Below, in pieces: positions 1-9,235 of a DNA stretch of 34,571 bases. Positions within the stretch are counted from its first letter, which is position 1. Each line of letters starts with the position of its first letter. Position numbers and translations under genes: made by a program. The notes beneath the pieces are model-generated. The model made no database searches, had not been told where the DNA came from, and saw nothing but the letters and a program-made list of their open reading frames with translations. Source of the stretch: a virus (lineage: Duplodnaviria > Heunggongvirae > Uroviricota > Caudoviricetes); IMG/VR virus record IMGVR_UViG_2713896785_000021. One strand, written 5' to 3'.

Positions 1-1362
1 ATGTTTAAACCGGAACTCCTTTCCCCGGCGGGAACGCTGAAAAATATGCGTTACGCTTTCGCTTATGGCGCAGATGCTGTTTATGCGGGCCAGCCGCGTT
101 ATTCCCTGCGTGTGCGCAACAACGAATTCAACCACGAAAATCTTCAGCTCGGCATCAATGAAGCCCACGCGCTGGGGAAAAAGTTTTATGTCGTGGTCAA
201 CATTGCACCGCACAACGCCAAGCTGAAAACCTTTATCCGTGACCTGAAACCGGTGGTGGAAATGGGGCCGGATGCGCTGATTATGTCCGATCCGGGGCTG
301 ATTATGCTGGTGCGGGAGCACTTCCCTGAAATGCCGATCCATCTCTCGGTACAGGCTAACGCCGTGAACTGGGCGACGGTGAAATTCTGGCAGCAAATGG
401 GACTGACCCGCGTGATCCTCTCTCGCGAGCTGTCGCTGGAAGAGATTGAAGAGATCCGCAATCAGGTGCCGGATATGGAGGTAGAGATCTTCGTGCACGG
501 CGCGCTGTGCATGGCCTACTCCGGTCGCTGCCTGCTCTCTGGCTATATCAACAAGCGCGACCCGAACCAGGGCACCTGCACCAACGCCTGCCGCTGGGAG
601 TACAACGTCCAGGAAGGGAAAGAAGATGATGTTGGCAACATCGTACACAAGTACGAGCCGATTCCGGTGCAAAATGTTGAGCCGACGCTGGGTATCGGCG
701 CACCAACCGACAAAGTGTTTATGATCGAAGAAGCCCAGCGTCCGGGCGAGTATATGACCGCGTTTGAAGATGAGCACGGCACTTACATCATGAACTCGAA
801 AGATCTGCGCGCTATCGCCCATGTAGAACGCCTGACCAAAATGGGCGTGCATTCGCTGAAAATCGAAGGCCGTACCAAATCTTTCTACTATTGCGCACGC
901 ACCGCACAGGTTTACCGCAAAGCTATTGATGACGCCGCTGCGGGCAAACCGTTTGACACCAGCCTGCTGGAAACCCTGGAAGGCCTGGCGCATCGTGGCT
1001 ATACCGAAGGTTTCCTGCGTCGTCATACTCACGACGATTATCAGAACTACGAATACGGTTATTCAGTTTCTGACCGCCAGCAGTTTGTTGGTGAGTTTAC
1101 CGGTGAGCGCAAGGGGGACCTCGCGGCGGTAGCGGTGAAAAATAAATTCTCCGTTGGCGACAGCCTTGAGCTGATGACGCCGCAAGGCAACATTAATTTT
1201 ACCCTTGAGCACATGGAAAACGCCAAAGGCGAAGCTATGCCGATAGCACCAGGCGATGGTTATACTGTGTGGCTCCCGGTCCCGCAGGATCTTGAGCTCA
1301 ATTACGCGCTGCTGATGCGTAATTTCTCCGGGGAAACCACGCGTAATCCCCACGGTAAGTGA
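1..1362 (+). CDS. yegQ: Peptidase U32-family protein YegQ/RlhA (23S rRNA 5-hydroxycytidine synthase), full length 453 aa
   Basis: ORF starts at window position 1; translation matches my recollection of E. coli YegQ over its whole length; host-like GC and codon usage. Confidence 0.88.
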   Translation: MFKPELLSPAGTLKNMRYAFAYGADAVYAGQPRYSLRVRNNEFNHENLQLGINEAHALGKKFYVVVNIAPHNAKLKTFIRDLKPVVEMGPDALIMSDPGLIMLVREHFPEMPIHLSVQANAVNWATVKFWQQMGLTRVILSRELSLEEIEEIRNQVPDMEVEIFVHGALCMAYSGRCLLSGYINKRDPNQGTCTNACRWEYNVQEGKEDDVGNIVHKYEPIPVQNVEPTLGIGAPTDKVFMIEEAQRPGEYMTAFEDEHGTYIMNSKDLRAIAHVERLTKMGVHSLKIEGRTKSFYYCARTAQVYRKAIDDAAAGKPFDTSLLETLEGLAHRGYTEGFLRRHTHDDYQNYEYGYSVSDRQQFVGEFTGERKGDLAAVAVKNKFSVGDSLELMTPQGNINFTLEHMENAKGEAMPIAPGDGYTVWLPVPQDLELNYALLMRNFSGETTRNPHGK

Positions 1363-1396
1363 TTAATTTCGATTATTTTTCCCGGATGGAAAATTC

Positions 1397-1412
1397 TTAG
1401 AAACCGATCACA
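1397..1412 (+). promoter_or_regulatory. Putative CRP-binding site (TTAGA-N6-TCACA) centred about 42 bp upstream of the cyaR 5' end, with a -10-like TATCAT at about 1434..1439
   Basis: Sequence resembles the TGTGA-N6-TCACA consensus; position fits a class II CRP promoter; cyaR is a known CRP-activated sRNA. Confidence 0.4.
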
Positions 1413-1446
1413 TACAGCTGTATTTATTAAGGTTATCATCCGTTTC

Positions 1447-1533
1447 GCTGAAAAACATAACCCATAAAATGCTAGCTGTACCAGGAACCACCTCCTTAGC
1501 CTGTGTAATCTCCCTTACACGGGCTTATTTTTT
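1447..1533 (+). ncRNA. cyaR: CyaR (RyeE) Hfq-dependent small RNA, 87 nt, with its intrinsic terminator
   Basis: Matches the CyaR sequence as I recall it (GCTGAAAAACATAACCCATAAAATGCTAGCTGTACCAGGAACCACCTCCTTAGCC...GGGCTTATTTTTT); expected location between yegQ and a P2-type ogr gene. Confidence 0.85.
1507..1533. repeat. Prophage att core copy on the ogr side (27 bp AATCTCCCTTACACGGGCTTATTTTTT), overlapping the cyaR 3' end
   Basis: Exact 27-bp direct repeat with 34068..34094; reverse complement equals the P2 core AAAAAATAAGCCCGTGTAAGGGAGATT as I recall it. Confidence 0.85.
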
Positions 1534-1596
1534 ACGCGTAATACAATGAAATAAAAGGATTTATTTCTGGTCACGTCCACACATTGACCACATCGA

Positions 1597-1628
1597 CAAA
1601 AAAGCCCCTCGACTGAGGGGCTATTTTT
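1597..1628. terminator. Bidirectional rho-independent terminator (GCCCCTCGACTGAGGGGC hairpin with an A-run on one side and a T-run on the other) just downstream of ogr
   Basis: Perfect GC-rich inverted repeat with flanking A and T tracts, seen directly in sequence. Confidence 0.6.
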
Positions 1629-1632
1629 GTGA

Positions 1633-1851
1633 TCACATCCACATAATTTGCTGCCCTGACGGCAACGGGTGCGGCCTCACGGCGTGGACTTCTCCCGGCT
1701 TCACGATGTATCGCTGTACCGACTCATAAGTGATGAACGTGGCGCTGCAATTCACGTTCTGACACTGGTGATAACGCTCTTTTGTCGTGTCAGTGATATA
1801 GCGACTTGTACGCGCATGTGCGGCATGCTGGCATAAAGGACAATGAAACAT
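1633..1851 (-). CDS. ogr: Ogr late-gene transcriptional activator, zinc-finger protein, 72 aa
   Basis: Translation MFHCPLCQHAAHARTSRYITDTTKERYHQCQNVNCSATF... matches P2 Ogr; start taken at the internal Met of the 93-aa track ORF to give the canonical 72 aa. Confidence 0.9.
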   Translation of the reverse strand: MFHCPLCQHAAHARTSRYITDTTKERYHQCQNVNCSATFITYESVQRYIVKPGEVHAVRPHPLPSGQQIMWM

Positions 1852-1932
1852 CGCGAGCACCTCTTCCGGTTTTGTTGATGGTGTCATTTTAGTTAATTTA
1901 TCCTTATAAAACAAACAGATAAAATAAAAATA

Positions 1933-3096
1933 TCACTCATCATCTTCTGTTTCGTACTCCACATCAGAAAGCCTGACCTCAAGCTCTAAGGACGTCGTGA
2001 AGCCGCTATTATTCAGAAAATGTGTCACCTTAGTGATGGTCCAGTCCTGCTCGTCTATGACGCGCTTAAAGCCTGACACTTTAACCGGCGTTTCCGTGTA
2101 AATATCTGCCCGACCAGTGGCAAGGCTGATGGAGAACTCCGCAACGCCCCGTTGCAGTTTGTCCCACTTCGCCTGAGCGGCGCGCATAGCCTGCGCTTTC
2201 GTGGCATATACCGTGGTCAGGGCAAAAACGTTATCAGCCTCACCAGCCATGTATTCACCTTCGCGCGCTTCCGGTACTTTTGGCGCTTTCTTCTGCGTGA
2301 CTGGTTTCGCTTTCGGGTGCTCCAGTGCGCGCAGGTGTTTCTCTTTCTTTTTGCGTTTCAGTTTTACCTTCTGCTTTTGCGGCTTCGGGTCTTTGGTGTG
2401 TAACCACTTTGCCGTTACGCCGGTATAGGCTCCACGGTCAGCAATCGCAAAATGATGGCGGTCGCCGTCGCTGCGGGTTATGGTGACCTGCGGGATTTTT
2501 TTACCACTGGCCGTCACCCCCTGCCCCGCTTTGAGAAACAACAGTTTTCCCATTTTTACCGACACCTCACCGCCGTTGCGTTCTGCAAGACGGGTCAGGA
2601 ATTTCGCATCAGACTCCTGCGACTGGTCGATGTGCGGGATTTTAATTCCGGCCAGTGACGGAGCAACACTGGCTTCCAGCCTGTTACGGGAGGCTATCGC
2701 CTCAACAATCGCACCGAGCGTGGTGTCATGCCATGAGCCTTCACGGCGGGAATTGAGCGTCCCGCGAAAATCTGCACTTCGGGCGCGGATGGTAACCACA
2801 TCCGGCGCGCCCCGGTGTTCAACCTCATCAACGGTAAATTTCCCTTTGCATACCAGGGCAAAACCTTTCCAGCCGATATACACCGTCAGGACAGCGCCAC
2901 GAACCGGTAGCCCTACCTGCCCGTCGGCATCGTTCAGTTCAATATCAAGCTGGTCAGCCTCAAAGCCCCGGTTATCCGTCAGAGTCATGCTCATCAGACG
3001 GTCGCTGATATTGCCGGTAATATCCCTGCTGTCGAGCATCAGCATGTAATCCGGCGTCAGCGTACTGCCTGCATCAAATGTCAGTGCATCCAGCAT
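1933..3096 (-). CDS. D: Tail protein gpD, 387 aa
   Basis: Length and position after ogr as in P2; translation consistent with gpD-family late control/tail protein. Confidence 0.88.
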   Translation of the reverse strand: MLDALTFDAGSTLTPDYMLMLDSRDITGNISDRLMSMTLTDNRGFEADQLDIELNDADGQVGLPVRGAVLTVYIGWKGFALVCKGKFTVDEVEHRGAPDVVTIRARSADFRGTLNSRREGSWHDTTLGAIVEAIASRNRLEASVAPSLAGIKIPHIDQSQESDAKFLTRLAERNGGEVSVKMGKLLFLKAGQGVTASGKKIPQVTITRSDGDRHHFAIADRGAYTGVTAKWLHTKDPKPQKQKVKLKRKKKEKHLRALEHPKAKPVTQKKAPKVPEAREGEYMAGEADNVFALTTVYATKAQAMRAAQAKWDKLQRGVAEFSISLATGRADIYTETPVKVSGFKRVIDEQDWTITKVTHFLNNSGFTTSLELEVRLSDVEYETEDDE

Positions 3097-3575
3097 TATC
3101 CCGCCCCCGTCATACCCGTGAATCTGGTCGCCATACTGCCAGCTTTACCGATGAGCGATTCCGCCTGTTTACCGATATCGCCATAAAGCGCGGCCAGTGA
3201 TTCATCAACGCGGGTGAGCGACAGCGTAAAATCAATTTTCCGGGGTGTGCCGTCTGCAAAGAAAATACTCCCTGTTTCACTCACCCTGCTGATGACATAC
3301 ATGCCGTAAATCATGCCGGTGCCATCCAGCAACGGCCACGCCCGGCCTTCCTCTGCCATCAGCCTGAGCGTGGTCATCGTCAGCTTTCCGCCGGTCAGTT
3401 CGGGATAAAGCACACCGGCAAGCGTGATGTTTTCCTCGCCAACGCCGAGAAACTGGTAGGCATCCCGTTTACCGATACGGGAATTTGACGGCCAGCGATA
3501 ATCTGATTCACGCTGCATGGTCTGGTGTGGCAGCGTCTGGCGCATAAAAACAAACATACCTAACGCGAGCATCAT
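3096..3575 (-). CDS. U: Tail protein gpU, 159 aa
   Basis: Position and length match P2 gpU. Confidence 0.85.
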   Translation of the reverse strand: MMLALGMFVFMRQTLPHQTMQRESDYRWPSNSRIGKRDAYQFLGVGEENITLAGVLYPELTGGKLTMTTLRLMAEEGRAWPLLDGTGMIYGMYVISRVSETGSIFFADGTPRKIDFTLSLTRVDESLAALYGDIGKQAESLIGKAGSMATRFTGMTGAG

Positions 3576-3589
3576 TTTTCGTCACCTCC

Positions 3590-6037
3590 TTAACCGTCAT
3601 GCATCATGCTGGCACGGGCGCGCGCACGTTTATCCCGCTCGTATTTTTCGAGCGCATCCTGTAACTGGCGGTCAAGCTGTGTCCCCGGCGCAGTACCACC
3701 GGTCAGGCTGATGTGATATTCGTTTTTACTCTGGTCCACATAAGAGCGGCCAGCCGGTGCCGTGACCGGCTGATAAGCCTGATAGCCTGCATAAGAGCTG
3801 GTCGCCGGAATATAACCACCGGTGCCATACGTGGCGGCATGAGTCCTTGCGGCGGTCTGGTCAAGTGTGTCTGACTCTTTGTTGATAACACCGAGTTTTT
3901 CCAGTACCCAGTCAATACCACTGCGCAGTTTGTTGAACGCATTAAGCGGCAGCATCAGCGCGTCAGCCAGTGCCTGCCCGAACATGACGCCCGTATCACG
4001 GCAACGGTTCAGGGTGTCCTGGGTGGCTTTGACCGGGGCAATCAGGTTTTTAAACCACTGCCACGCGGCCTGTAACTTTTCGCCCAGCCAGTCAAACACC
4101 GGTTTCAGTGGCGTGAACAGTTCCCCCACCGGCGCAAATGCCGCTTTCAGCCCTTCCACCACACCGCCAAAGAATGCGCTGACAGGCTCCCAGTATTTAC
4201 GGATAAGTAACGCCCCGGCGACAATGGCGGCCACCACGGCCACAACCGGCCAGCTAATCGCCCCGATGGCGGTCATAACAGCACTGCCAACCGTCGTGAA
4301 AATTGCCCCCATTGCGCCTGCTGCCGCGATGATGGCATTAATGCCGGTGATAACCGGCCAGGCTACAAGACCAATGGCACCGATGATGCCAGTAAGCGCC
4401 AGTGCGCCACCGACAATGAGGCCGATGGTTGACGCCAGTGATTTGTTTTTCTGTATCCAGCCGTCGAGTTTTAACACATACTTTGTGGCCGTCTGCGTGA
4501 GCTTACGCAGCGCGCCTTCCTGCTGGTCAAACAGGTCTGTCCCCACCGCCTCATAAGCGGACTGAAACTCCTTAAAGTCACCGCCGAGGTTGTCCTGCAT
4601 GATATTTACCAGCTCGGCGGTCTTCCCGTCTGAGGCTTTAAACGCAGCGGTCAGTTTGTCCAGCTTTCCGGTTGAGGCGGCAGTCATCAGCACGGCGGCG
4701 GCTGAGCTGGCCTCCTCCCCGAAAATGGTTTTCATGTATTCAGCCTGCTGGGCAGTACCGAGCCGGTTTTTCTCAAAACTGGCCTGCATTTCTTTCAGAA
4801 TGGTAAATACTGGCCGGGTGTTTCCCTTGCTGTCTGAGGTTTTCACACCAAGCTCTTTGAGTGCATCCCATGCTTTTCCCGTTGGTGCCTGCAGGCGACT
4901 TAACACGGCACGGCTTCCCGTCCCCGCCATTGAGCCTGTAATTTTTGCATCATGCAGCGCCCCGACCATTGCGGCGGTTTCTTCAATGCTGACACCGGCA
5001 TTTTTTGCCACAGGTGCGGCATAGGTCAGCGCATCGCTCATGCCGTCAAAATCGGCGGCGGTTTTGTTCATCGTCATGGAGAGAACATCCCCGATATGAG
5101 CGACCTTATCGTTTGAAAGCTGAAAGGCGGATTTCATCCCCATCAACAGGGCGGCGTTTTCTTCCATCGTGCGGCGGTTCGCCAGCGCCATGTTCAGCGT
5201 GACCGGCGTTGCCGCCTGAATGGCATCAACATCCCCACCGGCTTTCGCAATAATAATCTGCGCACCGGCTGCATCATCTGCCGAGGCGGCGGTATTGTCG
5301 CCGAGCTGGCGCGCCTGCTTGCGGAGTGCGGCCATTTCGGCGGAGTCTTTTGCCACACCTAGCACGGCCTGCAATTCTGAGTTTTTCTGCGCAAACTCAT
5401 AACCGGGCATCAGTAGCTTAACACCGGCCATCGTTCCCGCCGCCGCAATCCCCACACCGGCAGCGCCCACTGAGGCCATATTTCCGGCCAGTTCCTTTCC
5501 GGCCTGATAACGCTGTTTTACTGCGTTAAGTTTTGCCTGTTGCGCACTGACACGCGCCAGCGCATCACGCTGACGGTTAAGCTGTGCGGTGGTTTCACTG
5601 ATACGGTTTTTCAGTCCCTGCTCATCATGTGCAAGATTGCGGGTATTAATTCCCACAGCGGCCAGTTCCCGCTGCTGGCGTTTAACGGAATCTGTCAGGC
5701 GGTTATATTTCGCCTGTAAGTCCTCCGCCGCACGCTTTGCGGATTCCAGCACTTTCGCCTGAGCACGGGTCGGACGTTCGGTGTTTTTAAACTGTGTGGC
5801 AAGGGCTTCGGCTTCCTGCCGTGCCTTTTCAAGTGCATGACCAGTCACGGCGAGCTGTGCACTGGTCTTGCGGAATCCCTCAATACGGGATGCGTGACCG
5901 TTCAGCTCGCGCAGTGATTTTTGTGTTTCCCGGATATCCCCCGACAGCGACCTGCTCGCTGTACGGATGGATTTAAACGGGCGGGATGCCTGGTCAACAG
6001 CCCTGAGCAATACCTGTAATTTTACATTGTTACTCAT
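3590..6037 (-). CDS. T: Tail tape measure protein gpT, 815 aa
   Basis: Long Ala/Gly-rich coiled-coil protein with hydrophobic glycine-rich central segment; length equals P2 gpT. Confidence 0.9.
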   Translation of the reverse strand: MSNNVKLQVLLRAVDQASRPFKSIRTASRSLSGDIRETQKSLRELNGHASRIEGFRKTSAQLAVTGHALEKARQEAEALATQFKNTERPTRAQAKVLESAKRAAEDLQAKYNRLTDSVKRQQRELAAVGINTRNLAHDEQGLKNRISETTAQLNRQRDALARVSAQQAKLNAVKQRYQAGKELAGNMASVGAAGVGIAAAGTMAGVKLLMPGYEFAQKNSELQAVLGVAKDSAEMAALRKQARQLGDNTAASADDAAGAQIIIAKAGGDVDAIQAATPVTLNMALANRRTMEENAALLMGMKSAFQLSNDKVAHIGDVLSMTMNKTAADFDGMSDALTYAAPVAKNAGVSIEETAAMVGALHDAKITGSMAGTGSRAVLSRLQAPTGKAWDALKELGVKTSDSKGNTRPVFTILKEMQASFEKNRLGTAQQAEYMKTIFGEEASSAAAVLMTAASTGKLDKLTAAFKASDGKTAELVNIMQDNLGGDFKEFQSAYEAVGTDLFDQQEGALRKLTQTATKYVLKLDGWIQKNKSLASTIGLIVGGALALTGIIGAIGLVAWPVITGINAIIAAAGAMGAIFTTVGSAVMTAIGAISWPVVAVVAAIVAGALLIRKYWEPVSAFFGGVVEGLKAAFAPVGELFTPLKPVFDWLGEKLQAAWQWFKNLIAPVKATQDTLNRCRDTGVMFGQALADALMLPLNAFNKLRSGIDWVLEKLGVINKESDTLDQTAARTHAATYGTGGYIPATSSYAGYQAYQPVTAPAGRSYVDQSKNEYHISLTGGTAPGTQLDRQLQDALEKYERDKRARARASMMHDG

Positions 6038-6457
6038 TCGTGTTTCCGCTTCGCCGGAGCGCCTTTTCGCGCCATGTGATGAGTTCGGTCAGGCTCATGG
6101 GATACAGTTCTGATGGCGGCCAGTGAAATATCACTGCCACATCCGCCATCAGGTCATCGACCGACAGATTTTTCGGGAACGTCACTGCACCGAGTTCGGC
6201 GACAAAAAACCGACCACCTTACCGGCCAGCGCCACAAGGTCAGGCAGTTCCAGTGCGGCGACTTCCTGCTCGGTCAGCATCGGTGCAGTCATGCGCGGCA
6301 GCACCTTAATCAGTGCATCGACTTCGGAGTTCGCGACCGCAGCCAGACTGACACCGCGCAGCGTCCCGGCACTGGGTTTCATCAGCGTGACCTGTTCGAT
6401 AACCTGCTCACCACGTTTGACCGGATTGTCCAGGGTAATCACATTTTCTTTGTTCAT
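6030..6457 (-). CDS. E+E': gpE+E' tail assembly chaperone made by a programmed -1 frameshift at slippery site T_TTT_TTG (about 6203..6209)
   Basis: I hand-translated the -1 frame after the slippery heptamer: it stays open for about 57 codons and stops at 6030..6032, overlapping the T start. Total about 143 aa against 142 aa for P2 E+E'. Confidence 0.7.
6182..6457 (-). CDS. E: Tail protein gpE, 91 aa (zero-frame product)
   Basis: Translation MNKENVITLDNPVKRGEQ... and length match P2 gpE; sits between FII and T. Confidence 0.88.
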   Translation of the reverse strand: MNKENVITLDNPVKRGEQVIEQVTLMKPSAGTLRGVSLAAVANSEVDALIKVLPRMTAPMLTEQEVAALELPDLVALAGKVVGFLSPNSVQ

Positions 6458-6513
6458 GGTTTTCTCACTTCTGAATCAGGGTTAACCGGTCAGCCAGGCT
6501 GACCGGATGAAAA

Positions 6514-7032
6514 TCACAGGCCGATATTGCGGCGGTGTTGCTCCAGCCGGTCGACGCCGTTCACCTTCTCAATCATGTTGATGGTGTCGATTTCGACCAG
6601 CTCCTTACCGTCCATCGTCAGCCGGAAATAGGTACAGACCACGGAGATTTTCGACTCGGTGTCTTCTCCCTGTTTACCCTCGCCGGTATCGATTTCTTTC
6701 TGACGTCCACGCATGACCACTTCGACGGCAACCGTTTCGCCGGTATCGTCGCGCTGGTAAGAGCCAGCAAAACGAATCGGCACGGCATCCACGCCGGTTG
6801 CTGCGTAAAGCTCCCAGATAACCGAATCCGGGAAGCCACCGAGCGACCACTCCATTGACAGCGCATCGTCATCAAGGCCGAGGTCTACCGGTGCGCTGCC
6901 GTTCATCCCCGCACCGCGATAGTTTTCGAGCTTACGGGTCAGTTTTGGTAGCGTGACGGACTTCGCGACGCCCTGATAGCTGTAGCCGTTCAGAAAGACG
7001 TTCATTAACTTGAGTTTGCGCGGCATTGCCAT
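6514..7032 (-). CDS. FII: Tail tube protein gpFII, 172 aa
   Basis: Length and position match P2 FII. Confidence 0.88.
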   Translation of the reverse strand: MAMPRKLKLMNVFLNGYSYQGVAKSVTLPKLTRKLENYRGAGMNGSAPVDLGLDDDALSMEWSLGGFPDSVIWELYAATGVDAVPIRFAGSYQRDDTGETVAVEVVMRGRQKEIDTGEGKQGEDTESKISVVCTYFRLTMDGKELVEIDTINMIEKVNGVDRLEQHRRNIGL

Positions 7033-7044
7033 CGGTCAGGCTCC

Positions 7045-8235
7045 TTAATTGCTGTTAACCGAGGTGACCAGATTTGCCAGGTATTTATCGGTAATACGCT
7101 GGCGCAGGGTCAGGTTTTCGAGAGGAGGCACCGGGGTATAGTCGTAGTCGATATACAGTTTTCCGGCCTTGAGGGTTTCCGCATCGTTGGATTCTTCGCT
7201 GAACCAGCAGGTCGCATCCACGATATAGCCGTTTGTTTTCAGCTCACGAAATTTGGCATTGATGCCGTCAACGATGTCGTGAATCAGCGTTGCGGTGATG
7301 GGCTTGTCCACCGCCCACATGTGCGCCTCAGCCATCGTGTCGGCCAGCACCTGCGCGGTGCGGGTGTAGTTTTCAAAGAGGAACAGCGGGTCATCGGAGC
7401 AGGTACGGTTACCCCAGAAGCGGAAACCGTCGCGGCGAATCAGCGTAGTGACGCCTGACTCGTTAAGCAGGTCAGCATCGGTGCCGGACTCCTGCAAATC
7501 CCAGAAGACGGATGCGCTGATGCCGGTAACACCGTTTACCCCGACGTTGGACAGCGTTTTATGCCAGCCCTGCTCCTGGTCGATTTTAGCGCGCAGACCC
7601 AGCGCACGGGCGGTGGCATACGCGGTGGCGGTGGTACTGGTGACCGTATCCCATGCGAGGAAATCCGGCCAGATGACCATCAGCTCACGCTGGCTGAAAT
7701 TCTGGCGGTAGGCTTTCACCTCGGAAATGGTCTTACAGCCCCATGCGCTGATATATCCGAAAGCGCGCAGCTTCTGACAGACTGATGCCAGTGCAACAGC
7801 CACCTCTTTGGTGTCCAGTCCCGGCACGCCGAGAATACGCGGTTTAACACCGGTTACCGACTCCGCCGCCAGCAGGGCTTTCAGTCCGGTGTACTGACCG
7901 TTTTCGTCGGTGGTGCCGATGATATTGGAAACGGTCTGCGCAAGTTTCGTTTCTTCGTCTTCGCCGGTGCCGTCTTCCACACGTACAACAACGGTGACCG
8001 GTTTTGACTGGTCAGCTATGGCCTGCAACGACGCCGCCAGCGTGCCTTTTTTACCGGCCTTTGCAATTGCGCTCTGCACATTGGTAATCAGCACCGGTTT
8101 ATTGAGGGGAAAGGTTTCCGCATCCGCATCGCTGGCCGTGCAGACCATGCCGACAATGGCTGTGGATACGGTGGAAATGACGCGGGTGCCGTCGTTAATC
8201 TCCAGCACCTGCACGCCGTGATGATAGTCACTCAT
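7045..8235 (-). CDS. FI: Contractile tail sheath protein gpFI, 396 aa
   Basis: Length and position match P2 FI; translation begins MSDYHHGVQVLEINDGTRVI as in P2-like sheath proteins. Confidence 0.9.
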   Translation of the reverse strand: MSDYHHGVQVLEINDGTRVISTVSTAIVGMVCTASDADAETFPLNKPVLITNVQSAIAKAGKKGTLAASLQAIADQSKPVTVVVRVEDGTGEDEETKLAQTVSNIIGTTDENGQYTGLKALLAAESVTGVKPRILGVPGLDTKEVAVALASVCQKLRAFGYISAWGCKTISEVKAYRQNFSQRELMVIWPDFLAWDTVTSTTATAYATARALGLRAKIDQEQGWHKTLSNVGVNGVTGISASVFWDLQESGTDADLLNESGVTTLIRRDGFRFWGNRTCSDDPLFLFENYTRTAQVLADTMAEAHMWAVDKPITATLIHDIVDGINAKFRELKTNGYIVDATCWFSEESNDAETLKAGKLYIDYDYTPVPPLENLTLRQRITDKYLANLVTSVNSN

Positions 8236-8328
8236 CCGTTTAACTCCGTGGTTAATGGGTGCAACTATTTTCTGTTGTGCAGAGCATGAGACGCTATTTG
8301 ACCTGGCTGGTCAGTGGATGAAACAACA

Positions 8329-8357
8329 GATAAAGAAAATGCGGGCAATTCGCCCGC
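8329..8357 (-). terminator. Rho-independent terminator (GCGGGCGAATTGCCCGC hairpin followed by a U-rich tract on the minus strand) downstream of the cargo gene 8565..9158
   Basis: Inverted repeat gcgggcaattcgcccgc with minus-strand ATTTTCTTTATC tail, seen in sequence. Confidence 0.5.
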
Positions 8358-8564
8358 CTGTCCTGATTTGTACACACTCATTTTCCGACTGACAGTTTAC
8401 ATAGCCCAAAAGTTATCAAATCTGACAGTCTGCTTTGAGCAAGAAGCGGACATTTGCCTGTCAGGGTATATGCCGCTCTGCGGTTATTATCCAGAATCAA
8501 TAATTCATCTGAGCTGGATTACATATAAAACATAGTTACCCCATGAATAACCATTAGCAGATTA

Positions 8565-9158
8565 TCAATTATGTAAATCTTTTGTTTTATGTTCTTTAGC
8601 GTGTTGTGATAATAAATAGCTATAGCGTTTAAGCAAAATATTAGAAAGATTAAGCTCATTCATGAAGTGTTCTTCTAATAAGTAACCATCAATATCAACT
8701 TTAATATCATTACCACTTTTCATCTTCTGTAACGTAGATTTTACACGCTCCAGCAGGATGCTTTGCTCATGGTAATAGTCCATAAGAAGAGTAACATCCT
8801 CTTTATCAAGCTTACTTAATTCGCTGAAGTATGATTTAAACACTTTATCAGTCTGGTTTAATGCAATCTGTAAGCGAGGTCCCCCTGATGATTTGACATT
8901 AATGGCAAAAGGCTCGCCAACAAAATGCTCCGAATTTTCGTCAAAGCCAATATTTCTCGTTTTATCAAGAAAGGTGAGAGCGCGATGGTTATTAGCGATT
9001 TCATATGCAAACATTGTTCTGATACTGTCTCTCTCAGCCTCCATGCTTATATCATCACGATGATTTGTATAAAATATATTTCCAGCAAAGAGAACCATAG
9101 CAAGAATCACTGAACTTGCCTCCCAGTTAATATTTTTTAATCGTCGCTTAGTAAACAT
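8565..9158 (-). CDS. Hypothetical AT-rich membrane-anchored protein, 197 aa, one N-terminal TM helix, cargo at the P2 Z/fun position
   Basis: Clean ORF with AAGGTG Shine-Dalgarno; strongly AT-rich codon usage against GC-rich tail genes; hydrophobic segment SSVILAMVLFAGNIFYT near the N-terminus; no domain I recognise. Confidence 0.6.
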   Translation of the reverse strand: MFTKRRLKNINWEASSVILAMVLFAGNIFYTNHRDDISMEAERDSIRTMFAYEIANNHRALTFLDKTRNIGFDENSEHFVGEPFAINVKSSGGPRLQIALNQTDKVFKSYFSELSKLDKEDVTLLMDYYHEQSILLERVKSTLQKMKSGNDIKVDIDGYLLEEHFMNELNLSNILLKRYSYLLSQHAKEHKTKDLHN

Positions 9159-9235
9159 ACCGCACCTTAATTATCAAAAATATTCCTTCAGTGTTATCTG
9201 GTTAGCCTAAACCAAATCATTAAAGTCCGCAGGAT

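Noticed and set aside
1633-1914. 93-aa version of the ogr ORF with a 21-residue N-terminal extension
   Set aside because: Canonical Ogr is 72 aa starting MFHCPLCQ; the extension has no support and the internal Met gives the expected protein.
2152-3049. Several plus-strand ORFs (68-189 aa) inside gpD
   Set aside because: Antisense to a well-supported structural gene; Ser/Arg/Pro-rich translations typical of spurious reverse-frame ORFs.
3867-5402. Plus-strand ORFs of 60-229 aa within the tape measure gene T
   Set aside because: Antisense to gpT; low-complexity Ala/Ser/Pro translations; no Shine-Dalgarno support.
6113-6502. Plus-strand ORFs of 129 and 120 aa overlapping E and E'
   Set aside because: The region is explained by gpE plus the -1 frameshift product E+E' on the minus strand.
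8314-8535. 73-aa plus-strand ORF in the spacer between FI and the cargo gene
   Set aside because: No ribosome-binding site, Cys-rich odd composition, and it runs through the minus-strand terminator; treated as non-coding.
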